From contig CAXHJY010000907.1 in assembly GCA_964016885.1 (NCBI GenBank), positions 1 through 64,000 on the forward strand: a stretch of 64,000 bases of DNA. The letters run 5' to 3'. Of the stretch, positions 27,912 through 41,134 are shown piece by piece. Every line of letters starts with the position of its first letter. The first letter of the stretch is position 1. This DNA comes from Eledone cirrhosa (Eukaryota). The translations under genes and the position numbers were made by a program. The notes under the pieces were generated by a model, which did not search any database, was not told the origin of the DNA, and saw only the letters and a list, made by a program, of their open reading frames with translations.

Positions 27912-28537
27912 TCAGTCATTTTACATAGCTTTTATGCATCTTTTAATACTCTAATTAGGTACACAACAATTTGCTAGAGAAATATCAAGAACAATAACAA
28001 TTTTCCATGATAAGTAAAGAAAGTGGCAATGGGGTGGGCCGGGATAGAAAAAAATCCGAACTGGAAGTAGAAGCTGAGAATGAAGATAATACAATATATG
28101 TACCACCATTTGAGATTGCTGTGAGAAAGTTATAATCTTGAACTATGCAGATATAACAAAAGGAGGTAACAACAACAACAAAAGAAGAGGAAGAAAGTTT
28201 GATTCTGATACATATGTGAGAAATGTTAAAAGTACATCTCAGTGAGACAGGCAGCTACATGTGCAAGACTGGAATGTCTGCTGAAGTGAGAGAGAAAAAT
28301 GTCTATTAGAACAGATGAACATTGGTCAGAAGAGATAAGTGAAACAAACTGGAATTTTAAGGGATTACCATCATCAAGAGGTTTGAAAAAAATAAAAAAA
28401 AACAAAAAAATTTAGAAAAAGAAAATATAACAAAAAAAGTATATTCTTTAAAATTTAGTAATTTGTGTGAAACAGTTAGGGAACGTTAACACTTTTAATA
28501 CCAAACTGCCAAACATGCTCCTTGATTAGTGTTTATA

Positions 28538-28616
28538 TACAGGGTGTCCCAAAAATATATACACTCTTTAATCAGAATGCTGTTGAAATGTGTATACATT
28601 TTTGGGACACCCTGTA
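28538..28616. mobile_element. 79-bp MADE-like Tc1/mariner mini-element (hairpin)
   Basis: Seen: TAcagggtgtcccaaaaatatatacac ... tgtatacatttttgggacaccctgTA. Confidence 0.85.
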
Positions 28617-29923
28617 TAGATATAAAAACATATCACAATTTAATGTAAGAACCTTTGTTAAGTTATGTTCCAAATATTGGCTTAATAATGAGAATGTTAT
28701 ATTAGTAAATCCTTTCATATTAAATTATAGGCAGTGTCTTTTATTAGAAATATGACAACAAAAGGATTAAGAGAATACCATCATCAAAACTGGGGCCCCT
28801 ATCATTAAAATGCCTGCTGAATATACATACGGGAGGGCTGTAAATTTCATTCTATTTTCCCCCACATAGCGATGGAAACATCTGGCATCCTGGGACCCTA
28901 GATCCTTGCTAGAAAAGTATTCAACGTTCTGATTGCATTGGGGGAAGGAGAATATGAAGCAAAATCAGTTGGGCTGAGTGATACAGTGGTTTTATATATA
29001 TATATAGATATATGTGAAAATAAACATAAAAACAATCTTCCCCTCACTCCCCAGATAGGGAAAACAAAAAAAAACAAAGATACTGTTGACAAGAATTATC
29101 AATAATACACACAAAGTGGATTGATTTCATAAAGAAAGCAACAAAAAAACCAAAAAAAAAACCGATCCTGACTATAATGTAAAGTCCTCCCTTGTGCAGT
29201 GGTAATGATGGTGGTGGTAATTATAAGGACAATTGGTTTAATACTTAGGAAACTGTTTAAATAACACTTGAACATGAAAACTGAGGTGAGCGCTTTGTCA
29301 AGTGGCTTCAATTGGCTGCTTGAAATCAATAAATAATACAACAGTGTTAGCCAGATTTCAACAACAAATCCTCTTTCATATTGTTTCCACTTGTAACCCT
29401 TTCCTTACAATGATATTTCAAATGATTTGCCTATGATTTTCAAATAATTTTGAAAATTATCAAAAAAATGCAGGGATTTAGTAATATAACAAACTTTTTC
29501 ATTATCAATCTGATGTTTAGAATATAACAAATGTTCTTAAAATTATGAAGGAAGGTTTTAAGATAACTAAAAACTTTGAAACAAACAGTTTTGTATTGTA
29601 GAACCATGTATAGTTTTAGGTGGTTTGGTAATGGAAGGGTTAAGAAAGGATATCATGGTTTGGGGGTGACTGAAGATTGCTTTCCTCGAGAAGATCAGAA
29701 GGAGGGCATTTTGCCTGAGAAAGGAACCCTGTGAGGTGGAATGAAATGGCTGATGCCACAGGGGTTATCATTAGCTGCTCTCCACTGCAATGTTTTTGCC
29801 AACTTGTGTATTGTAGCATAGAAGTAACATCCAGCCAAGGGTGTAGTGTTTGCTCTGCTTCCCAATTCTTTTTATTTGCTCCTTACCCACTATTCTCACC
29901 TCCTCTTTGTAAAAATGTACGAA

Positions 29924-29961
<38 letters not shown>

Positions 29962-30074
29962 CGTTGAATCAATAAAATTATTTTCACAATTATTAAAAAT
30001 GATTTCAAGTGCTTCTAAAATGATGAAAAGAAAGTTTTACTCCAGCAGGATTTGAATCATAAAACTAAAGAAAA

Positions 30075-30107
<33 letters not shown>

Positions 30108-30190
30108 CATACATACACATATATTTTTTTTTTTTTTCCTCCCCAATTCCAACCCGCCTGTCCCTTCAATCTATCTTATTTCTCATTTTT

Positions 30191-30226
30191 TCTTTTGATG
30201 AAGGACTAGCGTCCGAAACGTTAAGA
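30191..30226 (+). ncRNA. Minimal (PLE-type) hammerhead motif with a C3-to-U change
   Basis: Seen: tctt / UUGAUGA / a ggac-tagc-gtcc / GAAA cg U U / aaga. Confidence 0.5.
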
Positions 30227-30327
30227 CCTTCCTGCTATTTCAAGCGTTAACCTAATATATTCCTTCCATATACTGTACCGATTGTGTTGTTATTTCTGTT
30301 TACCATTTATATATATTCACATGCACA

Positions 30328-30530
30328 TACGAGGATCGGCTGAAAGGTTCGTAGGCTGACTATAAAGGATTGATGTTAGGGCTGTGAAATCTTGCATGCA
30401 TTAATTTCAACTCTTCTTGTTAATAACTGCACCATTTCTTTCCATGGACTATGTTGAAAAATAAACCTCATTTGATCATTCCATGAGAGTATCATGGTCA
30501 GCCTATCAACTTTTCGGCCGACTGTTGAAT
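30328..30530 (+). mobile_element. Mariner deletion derivative, about 200 bp
   Basis: Seen: TIRs tacgaggatcggctgaaaggttcgtaggctgac / gtcagcctatcaacttttcggccga; retains gactatgttgaaaaataa (DYVEK*), the mariner transposase C-terminus. Confidence 0.85.
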
Positions 30531-30557
30531 GTACTCACACATGTATATGTGCATACA

Positions 30558-32929
30558 CATCATCATCACCGTTTTACGTCTGTTCTTCCATGCTAGCATG
30601 GGTTAGACGAGTTGTCCTGTTGTGGGCAGTGTCTGGTCGGCTGACCATGCCTTGCTCATACAGGAACTGATTTTGGCTTGATTTCTACAGCTGGATGCCC
30701 TTCCTAACACGAACCTCATTTACAGTGAGTGCTGGGGGCTTTTTTCTGTGGCGCCTACACGACCACTTTGCAGTGGGAGGGTGTGGGGGCATATTGTCTA
30801 TATGCTTCAGCTTGTACCCATGGAAGGTCGGGTACTCTGTATTACTGCGTGACGCCAGAGGTCACGGTCGTGTGTCATCGCCTTTGAGAGGTGTAATTGG
30901 GTAAGGTCGGCTTTTATCACCTCATTCCAGGTCTTCTTGGGTCTCCTCACTCCACGGTTTCCATTGACTTCTAGTGCTCTGTACCTTTTTATGCAGCTGT
31001 CATCCTTCATACGCATCACATGTCCATACCAACGCAACCGCCTCTCCTGCACACAGCATTTGATTCCTCTTATGCTCAGTCTCTCTCTCAACTCATTTAT
31101 GCTTTGTCGGTCGCGTATATTACTATTACACATCCATCGGAGCATGCAGGCTTCGTTTCTCTCTAATCTACATAAGTCTTCCACCTTCAGCGCCCAGGTC
31201 TCACTACCATGTAACATTGCTGTTCGTATACACGCATCATACAGTCTGCCTTTCATTTTGAGGGAAAAGCCTTTTGCAGCTAGCAGTGGTAGTAGTTCCC
31301 TGAACTTCTTCCATCCCGTTCTTACATAGTTATTGTACTTTCTGAACACCGACCTCTGATGCTAATTCGGTCACCTAGGTAGCAGAAGCTGTCTACTGTT
31401 TCTACAGAGCCCTCCCAGAGATTGGTGGTACTTGTTTCCTGTGGCTGTTTGCTGCTTGCTGTCCCAGCACAGCTGCTACATGTGAAGCCTACATTCTTAA
31501 TTAAGCTTCCTGAGATCCCGCTACATCTCTTGTGTACCCATTGTTTGCATCTGGGGCAGAGAATGGAGTTCCTACCTACACCTTTCCTACATACTGAGCA
31601 AGGCCATTTCCCTGAAGGGATCTGGGTTCTGTTTTCTCATCTACTTACAAGGACCTTAGTCTTTGTCATGTTGACTTTGAGACCCTTTCTTTCTAGTCCC
31701 TGCTTCCAAGTTTGGAATTTCTTCTCTAGTTCTACCATAGATTCAGCTATAAGTGCGAGGTCATCAGCATACAGGAGTTCCCATGGGCATCCAGTCTTAA
31801 ACTCCTCCGTTATTGCCTACAGGACTATGATGAACAGGAGAGGGCTAAGAACAGAGCCCTGGTGGACACCAACCTGTACGCTAAATTCCTCACTATACTC
31901 ATTGCTAATCCTAACTTTGCTGACTGCTTCCCTATACATGGCTTGTACAGCTTTCACAAGCCATTCATATACTCCTAGTTTTCTAAGAGCCCACCAGATT
32001 ATAGCACGTGGAACTCTGTCAAAGGCTTTCTCGAGATCGACGAATGCCAGGTAGAGTGACTTACTTTTAGCTAGGTACTTTTCCTGTAACTGCCTTACAA
32101 AGAAGAGGGTATCAGTGGTGCCTCTTCCTGGTACAAACCCAAATTGCATCTCATCTAGTTTCACCCGGTCCCTAATCAACTGTGCTATAACTCTTTCTGT
32201 TACTTTCATGACCTGGTCCATCAGCTTTATACCTCTATAGTTTCCGCTATCTAGTTCATCACCTTTACCTTTGTAGGAACTCCCAGTACTCTTCTACATT
32301 GAATGTCTCTATCTGTCGTAGGCGTTGAGTAAAATATCTTTAAATCTGTTACTGGCTAAGGGGTCTTTCAGCTTCCAGATCTTTCTTCTCCAGGTTGGCC
32401 TGTTTCCAGGTTCGTCTAGTTCTGACCGTGAGGTCGCTGACAACTAAGCTATGTTGGGAGGTACATTCCTCACTAGGGAAGGCTTTTGTGTTTGCGACCG
32501 TCCATCTGTCACGTCCTCTAATGAGGATAAAATCTATGACTAGAATGCTCCCCTGATCTATAGGTGATCAGTTGGTTGTCGGGTTTTTTGAAGTTTGTGT
32601 TACATATCGACATGTCATTGGCGTCGCAGAATTCTAGCAGTCTGAATCCTTCTTCATTTCTTGTGCCAACCCCATGGCCTCCATGGACTCTATTGAAGCC
32701 GTCACAGTGTTTACCTACGTGTCAGTTAAAATCTCCTGCGATGATGAGGAAGTCATTGTCGTTTGTTAGAACAGTAGTGTGCATTAGGGACTCGTAAAAC
32801 CTATCCTTAAGTTCGTCTGGCAACACCGATTGGGGTGCGTAAGCTGATATTATTGTGGTAATTGTTTTATTCAGGACTAGTCTGTGTTTAATGATTCTTG
32901 CATTTACCCTGTACACTGAGATTACTTTA
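30558..32929 (-). mobile_element. RTE-clade LINE, 5'-truncated and internally deleted (partial APE endonuclease, RT, 3' UTR, (ATG)n tail)
   Basis: Seen: SAYAPQ/IAGDFN endonuclease motifs (32722-32916), NYRGIKL, QFGF, AFVDLEKAFDRV, GVHQGSVLSPLLF, YADD (31760-31771), LHGSETW, RLRWYGHV. Stops, frameshifts and a deletion near 32275. 3' UTR at 30558-30830. Confidence 0.95.
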
Positions 32930-33478
32930 GCATGGGTTTAGACGGAAATTGTGCCACGTGAGGTAAGATTGGTTGTCTTGCTCGTATAGGACTGTCTGGT
33001 GGGTTTTCTATGGCTGGATGCCCTTCCTAACACCAACCACGTTTACAGTGTGGGCTGGGAGGTTTTTACTGTTACCTACACGGCCACATTACAGCGTGGA
33101 CTGTGTGTTTTTTTGTCGTGACACCTACACGACCTCATTTATTTAGGGCTGGATGTTGTGGCACCAACATAACTTTACAGAGAAAGGGGTGGGGGTAGTG
33201 GGATGGGGGTGTATTTTTGGTTAGGACTGTATTAGGACTGTAGGTTTCGCTTTGTACTTAGGCAAGGCGGGTCTTCTGTATTACTGCGTAGCACCAAAGA
33301 TGACATTGTCTTGGAGAGGTGTAAGTGTGTAAGGTCGGAATTTATCAAATCGTCCCAGGTTTTTACTGGGTCTGCCTACTCCGTAGCTTCCATCTATTTT
33401 GATTGCCCTGCACTTTTTTTTATACAGCTGTCGTCTTTCATGCGCATCACGTTGACCGTACCAACGTAGTCTTCTCTG
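32930..33478 (-). mobile_element. Second RTE 3' fragment (ORF end + 3' UTR) abutting the first
   Basis: Seen: RRLRWYGQ-like coding remnant at 33430-33478 and the same 3' UTR with about 36-bp subrepeats as 30600-30830. Confidence 0.8.
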
Positions 33479-34492
33479 AATTTAGACTTCATTTTGTTAT
33501 TTGGACCATTTTGTTACTCCACCTCCAATGAAAGACATTGCCAATGATTTTCAAATAAATTTGAAAATAATCGAGATTTTGGAAGAATTTAACTAACTTT
33601 CTCATAATTTTGCTGGTGTTTGGAACATAAAAGATTTTAGATAAAATTAAGCAGGAAGATTTTAGATAAATATAAACACTTTAAAACAAACAGCTTAGTA
33701 TGGTAGGACAAGGGATAGTTTGGTATATAAAAAAAAAGTTAACCCTTTTCTGACTATATTTAGAATGAAACACATTATCCTTGTTTAACTGATCTTTAAA
33801 ATAGATAAGAATTTGGAAGGGTTTAATAAAATAACTAACTCCATTATTAAGCTGGCGTTTTGAACATAAAGATTCTTAGATAAAATTATGATGGAAAGGT
33901 TTTAGATAAATATAAATACTGTAAAATAGTCTTTGTATTGTAGAATCAGGGGCAGTTTCCAGCAGTTTGGTATATATTGCTGATATTTGTCGAACTACTA
34001 AGGTGCTGGCATATATATATATATTGTTTATAAAGGACATAACAAACAAATATCAGTGTTTTATTTTCATTATGGAGATGCACATTCACATACACACACA
34101 CACACACAATGGGCTTCCTCGTAGTTTCCATCTACAAAATTCAATCTCGAGGTATTGGTTGACCCAAGACTTACCAGCAGAAAACACTCAATGTGCCACA
34201 AAGTGGAAATGAACTCAGAACCATATGGTTGTAAAGCAAACGTTTTAACCATCAAATATCCCTGTTAAAGCAGACATTATAAATTTGTCTGAGGAGCTCC
34301 AATTAGAGTAATATGATTATGTGACACTCATGCTCCTCTCAAGAGCATTGGTAACAACAATAAAGACTACATCTTAAACACAAAACTTAAAGCTTCTCTA
34401 TTGCAATTGATAATAAAAAGTAAGAAAAAAACTGAAGAAAAATACTAAGTTGAACCAAACCAAGCAGACAGACCTATCACTTATACTTCTTT

Positions 34493-34735
34493 TTAACCCT
34501 TTAGCATTTACATTACTCTATATATACTATTATATTTTCACAGTAATAGCTTTATCTTACATAATATTGAATCTATGAGATTTTGAGAACAATACTTTAA
34601 CATCATTAGGAGTGGCCAGTTAAGGCTGGTTTGAACATAAAGAGGCGAGAGGATTCTGGCTGGTTGTGACTGGTTTGAACAGAAAAAAGAGAGAATTCTG
34701 GTCGGATATGGCCAGTTTAAATGCTAAAGGGTTAA
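34493..34735 (+). mobile_element. MITE family A copy with internal duplication
   Basis: Seen: TTAA ends; ctggtttgaac...gattctgg block repeated. Confidence 0.9.
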
Positions 34736-35103
34736 ACACTATTAAAGTATTCAAGTTTAAACCATGAACTAAAATCTCATTACATGACAGATAATATTAA
34801 ATTTCATGAGTGATATTTCTTTCACTAACCCTTTTATAATTCTTGATTATATTGATAGCTAAAACACAAAGATGACCCCACCCCCACAAAAAGAAAAAGA
34901 AAACACTTTGTACAAAATTGACTTGCTTTAATACTCTCTACCTAAAACAAATGAGTATAGTAATCCTTTTAATAGTAAACCACCAGAAACTGTACCTGAT
35001 TCTATGATACTAAGCTGTTTAATTTAAAGTGTTTATATTTATCTCAAAACATATAATAATTCTGTAGAAAAAGATATGTTCCAAATGCCAGCATTTTTAG
35101 CAT

Positions 35104-35319
35104 TTAACCCTCCGTCATTTAGACCGGCCATATCCAGCTAGAATTCTCTCACCTCTTTCTGTTCATACCGGCTGTAACCGATTGCTCATACTGATGTTAA
35201 GGTATTGTTCTTAAAATAGATAATATCAAAATCTTATAGTTTCGATATTATGTGAGATAAAGCCTTGACCGTGAAAATACAATAGCAAATATAGAGTAAT
35301 GTGACTGTTAAAAGGTTAA
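35104..35319 (-). mobile_element. MITE family A copy (reverse), nested in family B
   Basis: Seen: TTAA ends, reverse-complement body. Confidence 0.85.
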
Positions 35320-36547
35320 ACAACAAGAAAGTTAGTTATAAGTATCTACTTCCAAATTCTTGATTATTTAAAACACACAGGCAGTGTCTTTCATTAGTAA
35401 TGTGGTAACTGCAAGGGTTAATGTTGGTCAATACAATATAGATAACAACTAGAGCCCAATAGATATTTTACAGTTAAAATATAATGGGCCTCATATGTCA
35501 TAGTTGCTTGCTTTTACTCCTGTCTTTAGATCCTGAAAGAACAAACATGAGATATCTGTGTCAATGGCTATTCCAGACTTCCTCACACATCAACACACAA
35601 TTACCTCTTTACTGCATTTTAATTGTGCTGGTTACTTGCCTTTTAATTACCTAAGATCAATCTGTTATTGAATAGCCATGCAACTACTTAATTTAAAGGT
35701 TGATAGACTTTGTTATCCACTAATTAGTAGCAATATTTATATCTAGATACTCAGTGTTAAACATAGTTTTATGTATGATTTTACATGCTTGTTAGGTGAC
35801 AAAGTCAGAAGCTTATCCTGATTTCATGCTTGTTAGGTGACTGAAAGTACAAGCACCATCATGACAGGTGCTCAGAGGGCAGTTGTTCAGAGACCAATGC
35901 AAATATATGTACACTGTGGTTGTGTATGTAGGAAACCCAGAACACTGCTTTGCTCAAGGAGGAGAGGGGAGCTATGATATTATTAAAATGGGCCTGTTTC
36001 CCGGATGAGATGCCAGTACATTGTAGGGTTGAACCCTAGCTTCTGCTATTATTCATTTTCACCTGAGTAAACTTGAGCAACTTAAAATTCCCAGTCTGGA
36101 AATCAAATATGACCTTAATCTTGTAAATGCGACACACTAACAACTAGGCCATGTTTAACGATTAAAACTTCATTGCTCTGCTACAACACTTACAATAAAA
36201 TCACATTAACATCAACCACAGTCTTCCTTATTTTCATAACTGTTCAATGGATTATAGCATCTTACTCATTCTAACCTTTTTAGTACCATATCTCTCATGA
36301 AAATAATCAAGAATTTGGAAAAATTTAGAAAAATAAGAAAATTTGTTGTTATTAAGCTGATATTTGGAATATAAAATTATGATGGAAGATTTTTAGATAA
36401 AACAATTTTACATTGTAGAATCATGGGGAGTTGGTATCAAAAGGATGAACTAGAGGAAGACAAACCATTTTGTCTTGTGAAAGCCTATTTTGTCTCATGA
36501 AATAAATCTAGGTCACTTATTTAATGTGAATCAATCAAACTCTAAAC

Positions 36548-36838
36548 CAGTCATAGGCACCCTGTGGCCCGCAGCCTGCAAAGCTTTCTGAAGGGGTCAC
36601 CTAAGTGAAATCTTTCTGATTTTTTTTACCCCAACTTTTCAATCGTAATTTATCTTTCTATCAGTTTTACTATCAAGGAAAACAACGTGTACGATATTCT
36701 GAAGAAACAAATCAAAACAACCTGAGTTACTGCCGTTTTTTTTAATGTGGGCACGAATGTAAATTAGCGCTTGTAGCCCACCTGATGATGAGCCATATCT
36801 AATGCGGCCCACTTCTCGAAAAAGGTTGCTCATGCCTG
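36548..36838. mobile_element. hAT (Charlie-like) MITE, 291 bp
   Basis: Seen: perfect 8-bp TSD ctctaaac (36540-36547, 36839-36846), CAG...CTG termini, tggcccgc/gcggccc subterminal motifs. Confidence 0.9.
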
Positions 36839-37548
36839 CTCTAAACATAGACCCTCTTATAATTCATGAGTTAGCATTAGGAAACACATTCAATTGTAAA
36901 AATTAAAAAGTTTTGTTTTATTGGTCTCAATCATGACTGCTGTTTATTCTATAAAGTGTTTATATTTATCTAATATCGTTCATTGTATTTTTATAAGCTT
37001 GATAATGAGAAAACTAGTTATTTAATCCCTCCAAATTCTTGCTCATTTTCAAAATGATTTTAAAATTATAAACATTAGAAGTATGGCAATGGAAGATTTA
37101 AGGAGAACAAGTCTTAACTTGGCATAATACAAACATTTATAAGGAAGGAACAGTCTAGTGTACTGACACCAATATATTACTGCTACTGAATAAAGCATTC
37201 CAGTATTTAATGTATGTGTATGAACTTTCACAACAGTACATGGTATCATGATGTTTACTTGACTAAAAAAGCATGGGAATACTCCATGCAATGGATGTTG
37301 GGAGCAAATGTCTCAAACATGAACATTATTATATTTCTAATGAAAGAAACTGCTGATAATTTTCAAATAATTTTAAAAATATATTGTGTAGGGATTTTGT
37401 AATATAACTTTCTCATTACTTATTTAGTGCTTAGAACATAACTTAAGTAAAAATTCTTACATGATTGAAGGGTTTTAATATAAACACTTTAAAACTTGTG
37501 TTATAGAATCAGGGCAGTTTCATGCAGTTTGGTATCAAAAGAGTTAAT

Positions 37549-37745
37549 TTAACCCTTTAGGATTTACATTACTCTATATATATTATTATATTTTCACAGT
37601 AAAGTTTTTACCTCACATAATATTGCATCTATGAGATTTTGATATTATTTATGTTAAGAACAATACCTTAACTACAGCCAGTTTGAACAGAAAGAGGTGA
37701 GAGAATTCTGGCTGGGTACAGCCAGTTTAAATACTAAAAGGTTAA
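37549..37745 (+). mobile_element. MITE family A copy adjoining a family B end
   Basis: Seen: TTAA ends and family A body. Confidence 0.85.
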
Positions 37746-38387
37746 GGAGAAAATTTTTCTTAATTTAAAATAATAAGAGTTGGTGTAGGGGAAGAACAGT
37801 TTAGTGAAGTGGCACCAATATATTACTGTTACTTATTGAGTCATAGACAATCTGAAGAGACCCGGAAAGCATTCCATTTATTTCAGTTAACTTGCTGCTG
37901 CACTCGGGCTTTCATTATTGATAAAGTCTACAAAGCCAAAGAGATTGTATTTCTATTGGAGAAAAAAAGGAAAAAAGTGGTGGAGAGAGAGATAGAGAGG
38001 CGGGGAGAGAATGAAGGAGAGTAGTCAATTTGCATAATATTTACAGTTCACAAACAGAAATCACTTGAAACTATTGATCAGAAATATAAAGAGATGCGTA
38101 AGGTTGTTCATTACAAAGTTATGCCTACAATAAATAAAGCCAATCTCTGAAATTATTTGGAACTATTTAAATTTCTTTAGCAAAAGAAAAAAAAATTCAA
38201 TTTAACCATGGCATGAAATCTATTTTATTTCCTCAAACATATCTCAGAGTGAGTCACCAACCACACTTCAAAAAGCATGCCATATTTCTTTCCATAGAAT
38301 TTAAGAATTCTTCATGCTAAATAAGGGGTTTGGTTACTTGCCCATAAAGAAATAAAGCAAACAAAACTAGTTTGTATAATAGCAGAA

Positions 38388-38740
38388 TAAAAATTGAACT
38401 ATTCCAAACCCTAGTTGAACCAATTCTATTGTATGGAGCTGAAACATTGGGCATTAATGGATGACCTACAAAAGCGATTGGATGGACATAAACCAGACTC
38501 CTTTGCAGAGCACAAAATAAACAATGGAGAGATGTGTCACCCTACAACAAATATACAAAAAGCTGAAGTCAATATTCAAGTAAACTCACTTTCCTAGATG
38601 TCATTGCACACAACTCAGGAATTGCCAACAATGATCTTGGAGTTGCAATGAATGATTGAGAGGTGTGGAAGTCGATCGTAATGTGAATCCCAACTGATTG
38701 AGATTGGTTGTTCAACCATGGTGAAGGATGATGATGATTA
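38388..38740 (+). mobile_element. Degraded RTE-type LINE 3' fragment
   Basis: Seen: KIELFQTLVEPILLYGAET...LQKRLDG remnant, ending in (ATG)n. Confidence 0.6.
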
Positions 38741-39432
38741 TAGTAATTTACTTGGAATGGACCTCTATCAGTTTTGACTGTGACTGTTACAATTGTTTGA
38801 TCAACAGAACAGCCTGCTTGTGAAATTAATGTGTAAATGAGATTGAACAGGACACAATGAGTGACAAAGCTAGCCCTTTGAATTACAAGTACAGCCCATC
38901 TGATAGGCTTTCAAATAGTTTCCATCCATCCAATTTTACTCACCAGGCTTGGGTTGACTTGAGACTGTGGTAAATGTGACTTGCTCAAATGCCACACAGT
39001 GGGATTGAACCCAGGACCTAATGACTGCTAAGCAAACTACTTGGCTATCTGGCCATGCTGTGTCCACAGAAATTTACTTGGTATCTGACTAAAAAGTAAA
39101 TAAACAAACATAGGTTTGTAATATGTACTTGTATAGGTTGTCAGTGAGATGGTTACCAGTTAAAAAGATGCAAAATATATTATTTTGTGTAATGTCTCCA
39201 GCCTGGTCTTAGCTTTGATAGCTATCCCTACACAAGAGCTAAATAACTATAACATCTTATTAATAACAACAATGGTGAGTTAAGAGGGAAAAAAATTCAT
39301 GAAAATACAATGGATGTAGTAAATCTTTATTGTGAATAGACGAGCTGGCAAGTTAATTAGCTACCTGCACATAGCTATATATACATATGTAGCTATACAC
39401 CTCTACATCGACACACACAGCTATACTGTTAC

Positions 39433-39469
<37 letters not shown>

Positions 39470-40721
39470 ACAAACACAGCTTTACTCCCACACATCCTAT
39501 TTATACATATACACAGCCTGTGCTCCCATATATCTATCTCAACACATACACACATACATATAGCCATACACCCATACATCAATGTTGAGAAGAGAGGAGG
39601 TGGCTACAGTGGTTCAAACATGTAATGCTGTCTGTCTATCAGTAGATGACATATGGTAGGTGTTGTGAGTTGGTGGAATGTCTCACACTAGCAGAAGACC
39701 AAGGAAAACTGGAATACAAATACTGAATATACTCATAAGTTGAATACCTCCTCCTGTTTATAATATTTCGGCTTTAGGCTTTGATCCATACATAAGTCAC
39801 ATGCTGCTTTTCATAGATACTATTTACTGCTGGTGCCACAATAAAATGCACCCAATCCACTAGTGGTAGGTGTTATGAACATGTGAGCAGGACATGGTCA
39901 TCCAACCTGTGTAATTCCAATACATGACAACTCATCCAAACCATGCATGTATATATACACACACACATTATATATATATATGTATGTATATCATCATCAT
40001 CACTGTTCAACATCCATTTTTCCATGCTGGCATGGGTTAGACAAGTTATCCTGTTGTGAGCAATACCAGGTCAGGTGACTATGTCTTGCTCAATATATAT
40101 ATATATATATATATAGGAGGGGTGTTTGTTACCATTTCTGTGTTCAGTATTATGAATGTTGTATTAAAAAAAAAAACAATTTAATCATTCAATAAATATA
40201 GATCAGATTGAAATAGGTATTGATAGTGGTTGATATAATTGCCTACAACTGCTGAAGGTGGTGCTGCTGCATGGCCACAGACCAATAATTGAAACTAGTA
40301 AATAAGAATATATGTTTTACAGAGAGAGGGAGAGAGAGAGCTGCATGCATGTAATTTCAACAGCTAAATGTATTGATTAAATTGTTGCCCTAGTTGCCAT
40401 GTAATGTTGACAAAAATACACCATCATATAATATTTTGTCTCACCATTAAAATGGGTGAACTATGTTTCATAGACACTCATATCTAGTGAGGGGGAGAGA
40501 GAGAGAGTGAGAAAGAGAGTAGTGAATAAACTTTACGCTTCAGTTCTACTTTAATTTGTATCAAGGCTTTTTCTTTGTATTAATTGAAAAGGTGAGTTTC
40601 TAAGGATTGAGAAAAAATGGTAACTGGTTTCAATATATCTTGAAATGACAATATTAGCTGGACTTCTGTACATTTTAACATTTCTACAATAACCAGGTTA
40701 CACACACACACACACACACAT

Positions 40722-41132
40722 ACATACAAGTTTATTGTAGACTTATCCATGTGCAAGCTGGAGAGAAATGAAGCAAGCATGCTTCAATGGATGTGCAATG
40801 TTAATGTAAGAGAAAGACAGAGCTTGGATGAACTAAATGAAAAACTAGGTATGAGGAATCAAAAGTAGTGTGCAAGAGAGAAGATTGCATTGGTATGGAC
40901 ATGTGATATGTGATACACATGGTTGGTGATTGCTCAGTAAAGAAGTCTCAGTGGAAATAAACTGCAGAGAAGGAAGGTCAATGAAAACTTGAGCAGAGGT
41001 GGTGAGAGATCTCAAATCTCTGAAACTCACAGTGGAGATGATAAACGATTGCTATATATGGAGAAATGCTGTGCTGAAGAGAACCAATCCAACCCATGCA
41101 AGTGTGGAAAAATGGACGTAAAAATTATGACA
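40722..41132 (+). mobile_element. RTE LINE 3' fragment whose tail is the mariner insertion site
   Basis: Seen: LERNEASMLQWMCN and RLHWYGHV-like coding remnant, 3' end aacccatgcaagtgtggaaaaatggacgtaaa. Confidence 0.85.
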
Positions 41133-41134
41133 TA

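Noticed and set aside
30937-32054. Plus-strand ORFs of 130 and 210 aa
   Set aside because: Antisense shadows of the RTE reverse transcriptase.
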